From positions 46,017-110,016 of IMG/VR virus record IMGVR_UViG_3300040770_000334: a stretch of DNA of 64,000 bases; one strand, 5' to 3'. The notes beneath the pieces are model-generated. The model saw only the letters and a list, made by a program, of their open reading frames with translations. It ran no database searches and was not told where the DNA came from. Both the position numbers and the translations under genes were made by a program. Positions within the stretch are counted from its first letter, which is position 1. Each line of letters opens with the position of its first letter. The DNA comes from a virus. Shown here piece by piece: positions 40,664 through 50,439 of this stretch.

Positions 40664-41494
40664 ATGAGTAAAAAGTATGTAAATTTTGATGCCGAGGAAA
40701 GCATTTCGAAATATTTTAAAGAAGTAAGAAAAACAAAAATGATAACTAGTGATGAAGAAGTTATGTTAGCTAATAGAATTGGTGACGGTGACCAGAAAGC
40801 AATCGGTGAATTAGTAACTGCAAACCTTAAGTTTGTTGTGTCTATAGCTAAAGATTACCAAGGACAAGGATTGGCTTTATCTGATTTAATTAGTGACGGT
40901 AACCTAGGTCTAATGAAAGCGGCAACTAAGTTTGACCATACAAGAGGTTTTAAGTTTATATCATATGCTGTATGGTGGGTTCGACAATCGATTATTCAAG
41001 GGTTAAATGATAATGCTAGGATTGTAAGGTTACCAACAAACGTTATTCATAAATTAAGTTACCTTAAAAAAGAAATATCTAAATTTGAGTATGCTAATGA
41101 GCGTGAACCAGTTTTTGGTGAAATATTTGATAAGGAAAATCATCCGATGCCATTATTGTCATTTCCAAAATGTGGTTCATTAAATGATGTTATAAATGAA
41201 GATGGTGATGAGTTAGCTACATTAATTGCTGATGAAGATGACGATGATGGAACTATTATTATTGATGACAGGCTAAAAACAGAACTAGATAAAACGTTAT
41301 CAATTCTTAGTGAGAGAGAAAGAGATATTATTGAACATTATTATGGTGTTAATACTGAATGTGAACCTATGACTCTTGAGGCTATTGGTGAGAGATATGG
41401 GTTAACAAAAGAAAGGATAAGACAAATAAAAGAGAAAAGTTTAAGAAAACTTAGGTATAATGCCACAAACTTGCATAGCTTAATAAACGAATAA
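40664..41494 (+). CDS. rpoD: Sigma-70 family factor, RpoD/SigA-like, lacking region 1.1
   Basis: ANLKFVVSIAK, DLISDGNLGLMKAA, GFKFISYAVWWVRQ, TLEAIGERYGLTKERIRQI. Confidence 0.9.
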   Translation: MSKKYVNFDAEESISKYFKEVRKTKMITSDEEVMLANRIGDGDQKAIGELVTANLKFVVSIAKDYQGQGLALSDLISDGNLGLMKAATKFDHTRGFKFISYAVWWVRQSIIQGLNDNARIVRLPTNVIHKLSYLKKEISKFEYANEREPVFGEIFDKENHPMPLLSFPKCGSLNDVINEDGDELATLIADEDDDDGTIIIDDRLKTELDKTLSILSERERDIIEHYYGVNTECEPMTLEAIGERYGLTKERIRQIKEKSLRKLRYNATNLHSLINE

Positions 41495-41515
41495 AAGGGT
41501 ATATCCCTTTTTTTT
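41493..41515 (+). terminator. Probable terminator
   Basis: AAAAGGG-TATAT-CCCTTTTTTTT. Confidence 0.65.
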
Positions 41516-41536
41516 GTGTTAAAAAAAAAGAAAAAA

Positions 41537-42583
41537 ATGAAATTAAAATTTAGTTATTTAATACTAATAATAGCTTTAGCTGTATCGTCTTGTGCTGCCT
41601 ACTTTTCAGTTTGGGGGCTTAGTCAGTTATTTGCTGGCGCAAGTTTATCAGTAATCATAATGGCATCAATTTTAGAGGTTAGTAAAATAGTAACGACAAC
41701 AGCTTTACATAAGTATTGGAGTCAATTAAGTAAAACATTAAAAATTTATTTAACTATAAGTGTTGGTGTTTTAATGTTAATAACCTCAGCTGGTATTTAT
41801 GGGTTCTTATCTAATGCGTACCAAAAAACAGCAAACCAATTAGAAATACACGAAGGTGAGGTTGGATTGTTAGATGGTAAAAAGGGTATCTTTGAAAAAA
41901 GTATGTTGGCTAATGAAAAGATAATCGAATCAAAAACTAAACGTTTAGATATTTTATCAAATCTAAGGTCATCACAAGAGGTAAGATTAACAGATGCTAA
42001 ATCTTACTATAATAAACGTAATGTTAGAGGCGATATTACTAATGCCGATACTGAGATTCAAAAATTGACCGCTGACATAGATTTATTAAATAATAACAAT
42101 GTGATATTATCAGATTCAATTGCTAAATATAGTGTTAAAACTTTAACGTTAAAATCTAATAGTGATGTTGCTGGTGAAATAGGCCCATTGAAGTATATCT
42201 CAGAATTAACAGGCATACCAATGGCGAAGGTTGTCAACTATTTAATTCTTTTATTAATATTTGTATTTGACCCATTAGCTATTGCGTTAATTTTAATGAC
42301 AAATAGAGTTTTTGAGTTAGAAAGCTCGAACTCTACGCCAAATATAGCGATTGATGATACTACTGATGATATTACTGATACTACTGATGATACTACTGAT
42401 GAGGCTGTAATTGATGCTGTAACTGATGCTGTAAATGAGGTACCTATTGAAGGTAATAGAGGTTATTCGGTTAATATACCGAAAGCAAAGGTCAGTAACA
42501 CAATTGAAAGAATTGGTTCAAATAAACTTGTTGAAAATGGTAATAACGATAAAATTATTTTTAGAAGGGAAGGTGATTTATGA
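41537..42583 (+). CDS. Multi-pass membrane protein with coiled coil and D/T-rich low-complexity tail
   Basis: Three N-terminal and one later hydrophobic helix; DDTTDD repeats at ~42353-42430. Confidence 0.7.
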   Translation: MKLKFSYLILIIALAVSSCAAYFSVWGLSQLFAGASLSVIIMASILEVSKIVTTTALHKYWSQLSKTLKIYLTISVGVLMLITSAGIYGFLSNAYQKTANQLEIHEGEVGLLDGKKGIFEKSMLANEKIIESKTKRLDILSNLRSSQEVRLTDAKSYYNKRNVRGDITNADTEIQKLTADIDLLNNNNVILSDSIAKYSVKTLTLKSNSDVAGEIGPLKYISELTGIPMAKVVNYLILLLIFVFDPLAIALILMTNRVFELESSNSTPNIAIDDTTDDITDTTDDTTDEAVIDAVTDAVNEVPIEGNRGYSVNIPKAKVSNTIERIGSNKLVENGNNDKIIFRREGDL

Positions 42584-43197
42584 TAATAGATGATAAAAGA
42601 TATAAATTAACCACAAACAATTACTTTCTTTTTGAGAATGTGAAAACACAAATTGTTTTAGGCCATACATCTAACCACGATATGAATCATTTTGTTGGTT
42701 GGGTTAATAGGTTAAATGGTTATTATAATAAAACAGCTGCATTCACAATAGATGCGGCTGGTTTTATTTATAAACATTTCGACCCAAAATATCAGTCAAA
42801 CTATTTTGTTGATAAATCATTGAATGATAAAAGTATTGTTATTTTATTGGAAAATGATGGCTGGGTAGAAAATAATGTAAATAATGAGTTGATTTCTTGG
42901 AATGGTGATATTTATAAGGGTATTAATTCTTTTATAGATATTAAATGGAGAGGACATGAAAAATGGTGTACGTATTCTGAAGAACAACTTAACTCAGTTA
43001 GTGAGTTAATTAAAGAGCTTGGGGATAATTTCAATATACCGTTAAAACCAATATCCCATAACACTAAACTAGAAGGGGTTAATTATGATGAGAATGTTCT
43101 ATATCAGAGCAATTTAGATAAAAATTGTACATCATTAAGCCCAGCTTGGGATTGTATTAAATTAAAAAAAATAATAAAAAACAAAGACTTAAAATGA
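42580..43197 (+). CDS. N-acetylmuramoyl-L-alanine amidase-like protein (Amidase_2)
   Basis: IVLGHT, FTIDAAG.IY, SIVILLEN, ISHN, SPAWD. Confidence 0.65.
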   Translation: MIIDDKRYKLTTNNYFLFENVKTQIVLGHTSNHDMNHFVGWVNRLNGYYNKTAAFTIDAAGFIYKHFDPKYQSNYFVDKSLNDKSIVILLENDGWVENNVNNELISWNGDIYKGINSFIDIKWRGHEKWCTYSEEQLNSVSELIKELGDNFNIPLKPISHNTKLEGVNYDENVLYQSNLDKNCTSLSPAWDCIKLKKIIKNKDLK

Positions 43198-43637
43198 AAG
43201 AAATTATCAACGAACACGACATGACAAAAAAAATGATGGAAATCATGAGAGGTGGGTTCAAAACTAGATTAATGACTGAAAATACTGAAGAAAAAACAGA
43301 GATATCACCAGTTGCTGGGGATGCAGTTTTTAATGATGAATTAACAAAATTACAAGACATAATACATCCAAGTGCTATGATAACTAATTTTAAAATTTAC
43401 CCTAATGATAGAAATGTAATTATTGATGGTACTTTGCAAAGACATGAGTCTGAGGATTCGGGTATTGATTTTAAGATGGCTTTATCAGCTGGTGAGGTGG
43501 TAACAAGTATGAAAAATCTTGATTTAACTGATGAAATTAGTGAGTTATTAAAGAAACTTAAAGGTTATTATAGTGATTTCGCAATACAGTGGTACGTTAA
43601 GGTGGATGAATATAAAAATAATAATAATGCAATTTAA
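43194..43637 (+). CDS. Hypothetical protein
   Basis: 147-aa ORF, ATGA overlap. Confidence 0.65.
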   Translation: MKEIINEHDMTKKMMEIMRGGFKTRLMTENTEEKTEISPVAGDAVFNDELTKLQDIIHPSAMITNFKIYPNDRNVIIDGTLQRHESEDSGIDFKMALSAGEVVTSMKNLDLTDEISELLKKLKGYYSDFAIQWYVKVDEYKNNNNAI

Positions 43638-44040
43638 TAAATTTAGTTTTAAGACAATAGACCTTAAAACATTATTGATACTTGTTTTAGGTGTTGCCCT
43701 AATTATTAGTTTTTTCTTTGGCCAAAAAAGTGCTGTTGATAAACATGCTACTGAAATAAAAGCGTTACATGAAGAAAATTCACTTTTACTGGGTAGAAAT
43801 GATTCGTTAAGGACTGAAATCGCTAAAAACGATGTGTTTATCGATAACGCTAATAAGGTTATAAGTAATAATAGCATTGCAACAAATAAGACTCAATTAG
43901 AGTTAAACAAGTTAAAAAATAAGAGAAATGAAATACCTAATTATGTTAACGCTTTGTCTGCTAATGGCACAGCAAATGCATTCACAAAATACCTTAACAA
44001 AAGAACCGAGGGTAACAACGATAGTAAACTCAAAAGGTGA
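43627..44040 (+). CDS. i-spanin-like protein (N-terminal TM + coiled coil)
   Basis: LLILVLGVALIISFFF then coiled coil; ATG43627. Confidence 0.55.
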   Translation: MQFNKFSFKTIDLKTLLILVLGVALIISFFFGQKSAVDKHATEIKALHEENSLLLGRNDSLRTEIAKNDVFIDNANKVISNNSIATNKTQLELNKLKNKRNEIPNYVNALSANGTANAFTKYLNKRTEGNNDSKLKR

Positions 44041-44392
44041 TACGTTAATACAATTAAAATTATCTGATGCTAAGATAATACTTAAAGATGTTCTTGATAG
44101 AAGGGTTTTAGATAGTATGGTAAATGCTTATAGTGTGAGTGATAGTCTAAAGACATCGACTATTATGTTACAAGTTAGTGTTATTAAAGTATTACAGGAA
44201 AAAAGTGGTAACCAACAAAAATTAATGGCTAATTTAGATAAGATTATCACCAATAAAGATAATGAAATCGGTTTATTAAATAATGTTGTTAAAACCCAAA
44301 AAAAAGAAATAAGACACCAAAAATTTTTAAAGATTGTTGGTTTCATAACCGCTGTGGTCATACCGATAGCAATATTAATATTTATTAAATAA
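43928..44392 (+). CDS. Spanin-partner-like protein (signal peptide + C-terminal TM)
   Basis: MKYLIMLTLCLLMAQ.. and IVGFITAVVIPIAILIF; overlaps previous gene by 113 nt. Confidence 0.55.
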   Translation: MKYLIMLTLCLLMAQQMHSQNTLTKEPRVTTIVNSKGDTLIQLKLSDAKIILKDVLDRRVLDSMVNAYSVSDSLKTSTIMLQVSVIKVLQEKSGNQQKLMANLDKIITNKDNEIGLLNNVVKTQKKEIRHQKFLKIVGFITAVVIPIAILIFIK

Positions 44393-44934
44393 TGAAAAGA
44401 GATAAAATAACTCAAACAAATATACCTTTGTATGACCAATATACTGGTGAACCTAATGCTGATTATGAGAGATTAACTGGTACCCCAAATCCATTGTTAA
44501 ATACCTATACTGATTTTTCTGAACCTAAAAGGCCGAACCGATTTATTTTTAGACTACCAGAGGAATTCAATATACATCCAATGCAAATACAATATATTGA
44601 ATTACCACAAACTAAGTTTAAAAAAACAAAATTGTTGGGTTTAATACCAATAGTATCTTTAGATTTTAGTGATTTAATTGTTGGTATCGTTGAGACAACA
44701 AAAACTTCTGTGAGTAGGGATATATTCAAAATATTTAATTCATCACCTAGTCATAGGTTTAATTGTACTCTTGAGTTACTTGGACCTACTGGAGACATAT
44801 TGGAAGAATGGTTAATCAGAGATTGTGTTATTAAAGAAATTGGGTTCACTACGTTAGATTACTCAATAGATGACGTATTTACCTCTAAGCTGGTAATATC
44901 CCCAAGTATAATAGATATCAATAAATTTAAATAA
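44392..44934 (+). CDS. T4 gp19-like tail tube paralogue
   Basis: EPKRPNRFI..LELLGPTGDILEEWLI.DC....FTTLDYS. Confidence 0.55.
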   Translation: MKRDKITQTNIPLYDQYTGEPNADYERLTGTPNPLLNTYTDFSEPKRPNRFIFRLPEEFNIHPMQIQYIELPQTKFKKTKLLGLIPIVSLDFSDLIVGIVETTKTSVSRDIFKIFNSSPSHRFNCTLELLGPTGDILEEWLIRDCVIKEIGFTTLDYSIDDVFTSKLVISPSIIDINKFK

Positions 44935-44940
44935 CAATTT

Positions 44941-44962
44941 AAGCCCCTAAAGGGCTTTTTTT
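44941..44962 (+). terminator. Terminator
   Basis: AAGCCC-CTAAA-GGGCTTTTTTT. Confidence 0.7.
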
Positions 44963-44994
44963 GTTATTTATTTATATTTATTAATAAAAAGAAT

Positions 44995-45249
44995 ATGGAC
45001 TCACAAAATAAAAAGAAATTAGCTGAAGAAGTTACTAAAACTAGTGTAGATGGTCAAATTAAGACATATATTAGTTCTAGTGAATTTAAGACTAAAATTG
45101 AGAAAATCGTTCAAGACAGGTTAAAAAATAATAAAGAACTTGAAGATAAAGTTGTTGAGATTACCAAAAATGTTCTGACTCAATTATATAAAACGTTGTG
45201 GACTAAAAGAGGTCTTTGGCAAAATAACTTAACAAATAAAAATAGTTAA
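44995..45249 (+). CDS. Hypothetical protein
   Basis: 84-aa ORF after TATTTATA motif. Confidence 0.65.
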   Translation: MDSQNKKKLAEEVTKTSVDGQIKTYISSSEFKTKIEKIVQDRLKNNKELEDKVVEITKNVLTQLYKTLWTKRGLWQNNLTNKNS

Positions 45250-45250
45250 C

Positions 45251-46825
45251 ATGGCAAAAATAAAAATAACGCAAAAACAATATGATTTATTACTTAATGA
45301 AAGTAAAAAAACGGTTAGTAGTGTGAAAAGCGTAAAAATTACAAAAGAACAGTATAATAGATTATTTAAATCTGGTAATCTTAATGAAAACAACCAAAAT
45401 ATTAAATTAATAATTGAAGGTTCTGAGGGTTTTGAGAACGAACTAAAAAAAGAGGTAACGGAGTTAATCAGATATATGTATCGTGAATCAAAAGAACTTT
45501 CAGAGTACTGGGAAGCTAATGGTTTGAGTTATGATGATATTTGTGATAATTTACTTAAAAAGGGTTTAATCGTTAAAAAAAGTGATAAATATAAATTATC
45601 AAGAACTTCTGGTAACGCACAAGGTGCTTCTAAAGCTATATTAGCTGAGTTAACTGAAATGTTGAATGGTATTGACTCTGAAGAAGAAACAGAGCCAGAA
45701 ACACCCTTAGATGAAGAAGGTGGTTACCCTAGTGGTGCACAGGATGCCCCTACCGCACCATACAACCAACCAGATGGTGATGTTACTGTGCAAAATACCT
45801 CTAACGAACATAAATTAACTATTATTGGTAGTAATTCTGAGATAGCAATTTTAGAAGGTCCAGACCAATCACAATATGCATTTTATTTTGGTGATGCCGA
45901 CTTAGAAAAATTTAAACAATATGCCTCAGTTACTAGAAATTTTGATGGTAATGATGAAGATGGTAATCCAGAGTATAATTATGATGACGATTTTGATATC
46001 GATGAGGATGTATTATCTCATTTTATTAATGACAATTTAAATTCGTTAACAATAGGTGAGGGATTAGCTGGTTGGAATGAAGAAAAAGATTTAGTAAAAC
46101 TTGATGACGAATTGAAACAAGAACTATATGATGTCTATGATAAAGACCAAAATATATCATCAATACTAAGACCTAACTTGGAAGAAGAAGAAGGTCCAGC
46201 TAATGGTGTTTCAAGAGTTAAATGGGCTGATGATTATAAGGAGATTGAGCCAAAAAGGAGAACTGATAAAGAAAATTCTGCAATATTAGACAAATTGGCT
46301 TATTTATATGACCGTGAAAGACAAAGTAACCCACCAACAAAATCACAACACCCATTACCAGAAACAACAGTTGCTGGTGGTGCTGGGGATGGCGGTTCAT
46401 CTGGACCTTTCGTTGGAGTTGCTGATTTTGGAGAACAAGAATCTATAATTAAAAGAGATATACCAGTAGTTGGTGAAACTACTACCGTTGCTAGTGTTGG
46501 TGGTCAATACGACACACCAGGATTAGCTAACATAGGTAGAAACGGTGAATTTAAAAAAGGGCCGAAAACACAAGCACAAAGTAAAACGCAATATTCTGGC
46601 GGTGGCTTTGTTGAAACTAACGATTGTACCAAATTAAACAACAATAAAGTTGCTCAAAATGGTGGTTGTAGTCAAGGTGCTGTCGATAATGTTGTATCGG
46701 TTAAAAAGAGTAAAGGTTCAGTTATTTCACCTTCATTGGGTGAGAATAAAATATATGAGGCTATTGCGAAAAAAACTGGTAAAACAATAGAGGAAGTAAA
46801 GAAAATAATTGATTCAAAGAAATAA
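45251..46825 (+). CDS. Acidic putative head/internal virion protein
   Basis: 524 aa, D/E-rich, G-rich C-terminal part. Confidence 0.55.
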   Translation: MAKIKITQKQYDLLLNESKKTVSSVKSVKITKEQYNRLFKSGNLNENNQNIKLIIEGSEGFENELKKEVTELIRYMYRESKELSEYWEANGLSYDDICDNLLKKGLIVKKSDKYKLSRTSGNAQGASKAILAELTEMLNGIDSEEETEPETPLDEEGGYPSGAQDAPTAPYNQPDGDVTVQNTSNEHKLTIIGSNSEIAILEGPDQSQYAFYFGDADLEKFKQYASVTRNFDGNDEDGNPEYNYDDDFDIDEDVLSHFINDNLNSLTIGEGLAGWNEEKDLVKLDDELKQELYDVYDKDQNISSILRPNLEEEEGPANGVSRVKWADDYKEIEPKRRTDKENSAILDKLAYLYDRERQSNPPTKSQHPLPETTVAGGAGDGGSSGPFVGVADFGEQESIIKRDIPVVGETTTVASVGGQYDTPGLANIGRNGEFKKGPKTQAQSKTQYSGGGFVETNDCTKLNNNKVAQNGGCSQGAVDNVVSVKKSKGSVISPSLGENKIYEAIAKKTGKTIEEVKKIIDSKK

Positions 46826-46875
46826 CGTAACGACTTTACTTAAAAGTTAGATATTTATATTAAACCTAAAGAAAT

Positions 46876-48399
46876 ATGGACAAAAATAAAATTAAAGCTC
46901 TGTTATCAAGCAGATTCGTAAATGAGGACAAAACACCAGGAATTAGTGTTACTGACTCAGCTAAAAAAGAATCTGACAAGATAAATAAAGCCGCTATCAA
47001 AGCTGTCGCTAAAGATGTTGACAACTATGATAAGGGGATGAAAAAAGAAGCTGGTAAAACCAAAATGGCACCAAACAAGTTTAACTACAACGGTGATAAG
47101 GAAAAAGAATACCATGACCAAATGGAAATCATGAATGGTCAAGAAATGATACAATATGATAGAGAACCAGATGCTGACTTCAAAGCGAGAGCGAGAGAAG
47201 CGATTGCTGGAAGTTCTAGAATGGGTAATGAAGGTGGTATTGGAAACGCTGAGGCTACTTGGGGTGCATCATCAGATACATTTGGTGAAGACCTAGTTAA
47301 AGGTATTGAGGCTTCTCAAAAGAAAAGAGCTGATGCTGATAGAGCTTATCTTTCACTTGGGGATGATATTGAATTATTACCACCTAGTGAAAAAGGTAAG
47401 GGTAAAAATTATGCTTTAAAAGAAGGTGACGAACAAGATAGTAAAAGTGTTGAAACTGGTTATGGTTCTGAAGAAGAAAATGAATTTAATAACCAACAAA
47501 GAACTGCTAAACCACAAAAAAGCGAGGACCCTTTTATGTTTGGTGCAAGCGATAGATATAAGAAAGACATGGAAGGTCGTCAATACGGTACTGGTAGTAA
47601 AAGAAACCCTAACCCAGATGGTGATGGTATTTCTGGTGCTGATTTTCAAAGAGAAAATAAACAAAATAATAATAAACCAAAAATAAAAGAAGGAATGAAA
47701 AGACTTAAGTTTAAAAAGGAATTCAACGGAGTAGGAAATGCGTTGAAATTAATACCAGAAGCATACAGAGTTGCAAATAAAGAATTTGAAATGACTGATG
47801 GTAATGAATCGTATAAAATTCGTTGGGAAGGTACTTTATCTGAGGGTAGAGCAGTTGTTCTAACAGCTACCGATAAAAACATGGTAACTGAAGATATCAC
47901 TAACATGAAAAGATTGTTTAATTACAAATCACAAGATACTCTTGGGTTGGTAAGAGGAAACGCTAGACTTAACGAAAATGCTGCATTCTCTGATGTATTA
48001 GCTAAAACAAAAAAATTACTTGGTGAATCTGAGGATATCGAAGATGAAACTGCCGCTGAAGGTGAGTGGGATGGTATTGAGAAATCTGCACCAGAAGCTA
48101 AAAAACATATCGAAGGTTCTGTATCAACTGATAAAGGAACTCAAGCACCAGCACCTAAAAAAGGTGAGTGGGATGGTATTGAGAAATCTGCACCAGAAGC
48201 GACTAAACATGTTGATGGAAGCGTTGATGCTAAAATTGGTATGGGATTAGGTGTTAAGGCTAAAGAAGGTGCGTGGGATAAAATTAGTGTACCACAAGCT
48301 GCTGATGCTAAAAAACACGTAACTATGGGTGAAGGTCTTACTCTTAACGGTATCACATTTAAACCAATGGTTGAAACTGTAAAAAAAAAAGTAAAATAA
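46876..48399 (+). CDS. Charged putative head/internal virion protein with 34-aa repeats
   Basis: 507 aa; GEWDGIEKSAPEA twice; may fuse to next ORF via the A10 run. Confidence 0.6.
   Translation: MDKNKIKALLSSRFVNEDKTPGISVTDSAKKESDKINKAAIKAVAKDVDNYDKGMKKEAGKTKMAPNKFNYNGDKEKEYHDQMEIMNGQEMIQYDREPDADFKARAREAIAGSSRMGNEGGIGNAEATWGASSDTFGEDLVKGIEASQKKRADADRAYLSLGDDIELLPPSEKGKGKNYALKEGDEQDSKSVETGYGSEEENEFNNQQRTAKPQKSEDPFMFGASDRYKKDMEGRQYGTGSKRNPNPDGDGISGADFQRENKQNNNKPKIKEGMKRLKFKKEFNGVGNALKLIPEAYRVANKEFEMTDGNESYKIRWEGTLSEGRAVVLTATDKNMVTEDITNMKRLFNYKSQDTLGLVRGNARLNENAAFSDVLAKTKKLLGESEDIEDETAAEGEWDGIEKSAPEAKKHIEGSVSTDKGTQAPAPKKGEWDGIEKSAPEATKHVDGSVDAKIGMGLGVKAKEGAWDKISVPQAADAKKHVTMGEGLTLNGITFKPMVETVKKKVK
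48061..48200 (+). repeat. Perfect 38-nt direct repeat, 102-nt period, coding
   Basis: GGTGAGTGGGATGGTATTGAGAAATCTGCACCAGAAGC at 48061 and 48163. Confidence 0.9.
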
Positions 48400-48533
48400 G
48401 TTCACAATTAACGGAAAATTATTTTAATGAAGAGATAAGTAATCCAGACTGGGCTGCTAGTTATGGTGAGCACTCTGATTATATTCTAAATTTATTAAAT
48501 GTTGGTTTTAGTCGTGAGAAAATAACAACAAAA

Positions 48534-48980
48534 ATGTCAGCTCAAGGTGTTTACCCAGATTCAAATGAATTTAATGGTGAAGATATGCAACCAGAGTTAG
48601 GTGATTCTCATTATGATGCTTATAAGGGTGATATGTCGGATTTTCAGAATAACGATGAATTAGATGAGGAAACGACAGGTTACGGTAATGATAACGCATT
48701 AAAGGGTAGGTCTGAAGAAGAAAGAGCTGAAATGTTACGTCAACAACCAGTTTATTCTGAAGAAGCTGAAATGGGTGATGATACTGAATCTTTTGCTAAT
48801 GAAGTTAGTGATTTTTACGATATAGGTAAACAATATTATGAAAAAGGTAATTTTGAAAAAGCTGAACGATATCGACAATCAGCAATAAGAAAGGGTGCTT
48901 TTATAGGTATGTATGAGGTAGATTTCCAACCTTATGGCCCAGACGAAGATGATACCGCTGAATATGATGAATTCTATTAA
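48534..48980 (+). CDS. Very acidic hypothetical protein (frame open upstream to 48375)
   Basis: 148 aa from ATG; upstream in-frame region has no stop and no ATG. Confidence 0.55.
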   Translation: MSAQGVYPDSNEFNGEDMQPELGDSHYDAYKGDMSDFQNNDELDEETTGYGNDNALKGRSEEERAEMLRQQPVYSEEAEMGDDTESFANEVSDFYDIGKQYYEKGNFEKAERYRQSAIRKGAFIGMYEVDFQPYGPDEDDTAEYDEFY

Positions 48981-48993
48981 CATATAAATTAAT

Positions 48994-49023
48994 AAAAAAC
49001 CACTCAAATGAGTGGTTTTTTTT
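48994..49023 (+). terminator. Terminator
   Basis: AAAAAACCACTC-AAAT-GAGTGGTTTTTTTT. Confidence 0.85.
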
Positions 49024-49055
49024 ATTTGGTACATATTTATTATTAAACAATAATT

Positions 49056-49883
49056 ATGATACTAAGAATAGGAAGTACAGAAATTGAAGCGATTAAAGCG
49101 GTACAAGCAAAGTTAGGTATAGACCAAGATGGTGATTTTGGTGGGCTTACAGATGCAGCGGTAAAAAAATTTCAAAAACGTAATGGGTTAACCGAGGATG
49201 GTGAAGTAGGTACATCAACTGCTGCTAAAATGGGAATTGATTTAGCCTCTTTTGAGGATTCACCAAAACAATTAACCATGGAAATCATGAAAACCATTAC
49301 GGGGATAAAAGACCTTGGTCAGTTAGCTGAGGTGACTAGAAGCATTAATACAGCTTTAATTAAATACGAGATAAATACTAAATTAAGGATAGCACATTTT
49401 ATGTCTCAATTATTACATGAAAGTTTAAATTTAAAAGTAACCAAAGAAAATTTAAACTACTCAACTAATGGTCTTTTAACTACATTTAAAAAGTATTTCC
49501 CTAGTGAAACTTTTGCCAGTGGTTTCGCTAGACAACCAGATAAGATTGCCAATAGAGTTTATGCTAATAGAATGGGTAATGGTTCTTTTGAAAGCCAAGA
49601 TGGTAGTTTTTTCAAGGGAAGAGGGTATATCCAACTTACGGGTCGTAATAATTATACTAACCTATCTAAAGAACTTGGGATAGATTTTGTTGCGCAACCT
49701 AAACTACTTGAGACACCAAAATATGCCTCATTATCAGCTGGTTGGTTTTGGGATACTAACAATTTAAACAGACTTGCAGACAATGATGATGTTGTTGGGG
49801 TTACAAGAAGAATTAATGGTGGTACTAATGGGTTAGATGATAGAAAACATAACCTAGAAATGATGAAAAAATTATTATCATAA
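49056..49883 (+). CDS. Endolysin: peptidoglycan-binding domain + GH19 catalytic domain
   Basis: DGDFG..T..AVKKFQ; HFMSQLLHES, ENLNYS, GRGYIQLTGRNNY, INGGTNG. Confidence 0.9.
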   Translation: MILRIGSTEIEAIKAVQAKLGIDQDGDFGGLTDAAVKKFQKRNGLTEDGEVGTSTAAKMGIDLASFEDSPKQLTMEIMKTITGIKDLGQLAEVTRSINTALIKYEINTKLRIAHFMSQLLHESLNLKVTKENLNYSTNGLLTTFKKYFPSETFASGFARQPDKIANRVYANRMGNGSFESQDGSFFKGRGYIQLTGRNNYTNLSKELGIDFVAQPKLLETPKYASLSAGWFWDTNNLNRLADNDDVVGVTRRINGGTNGLDDRKHNLEMMKKLLS

Positions 49884-49928
49884 GATTTATTTGTTGGTGA
49901 AAGTAAGTATATTTAATAAAACTAGAAT

Positions 49929-50399
49929 ATGGATAACATTAAACGAAATGAATTCTTGAGTTATATTAATAACCCTATCAGCCGAGAGGCAACTAATTTT
50001 TTATATTTGACAAATAATATAAAACCAGAAAAATGTGAACTATATAGCGATTTTATACAGTCGCTATTGGCCATCGCATTTGATACTTATTTAGGTGATG
50101 ATATCACTGAATTACACGACCAAATAGCCCATTTTAAATGGTGTTGGAATAAAAACTACAATAATTTCATAAAAGAAGGGTTATTTTTTGAAAACCCAAG
50201 ACTATATGACTATTTCTTGGAATTTATGTTAGAAGTTTATTATACCTCTAACGATAAATTCGATAATGTATACTCTGAATTAAACATACTAAGACTATGG
50301 GGTAACATATTCAACTACAATAAAATTAAAACAAAATCAGATGTTGATACACTTATTGAAATCTATAAAATAATGGATGTTTCAGTAAAATTCGCATAA
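49929..50399 (+). CDS. Hypothetical protein
   Basis: 156-aa ORF. Confidence 0.65.
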   Translation: MDNIKRNEFLSYINNPISREATNFLYLTNNIKPEKCELYSDFIQSLLAIAFDTYLGDDITELHDQIAHFKWCWNKNYNNFIKEGLFFENPRLYDYFLEFMLEVYYTSNDKFDNVYSELNILRLWGNIFNYNKIKTKSDVDTLIEIYKIMDVSVKFA

Positions 50400-50405
50400 A
50401 AACTA

Positions 50406-50435
50406 TTGATTTAAATATTTTCCATACTATATTTG
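50406..50435 (+). promoter_or_regulatory. Bacteroidota-type -33/-7 promoter
   Basis: TTG-N19-TATATTTG. Confidence 0.75.
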
Positions 50436-50439
50436 TAGC

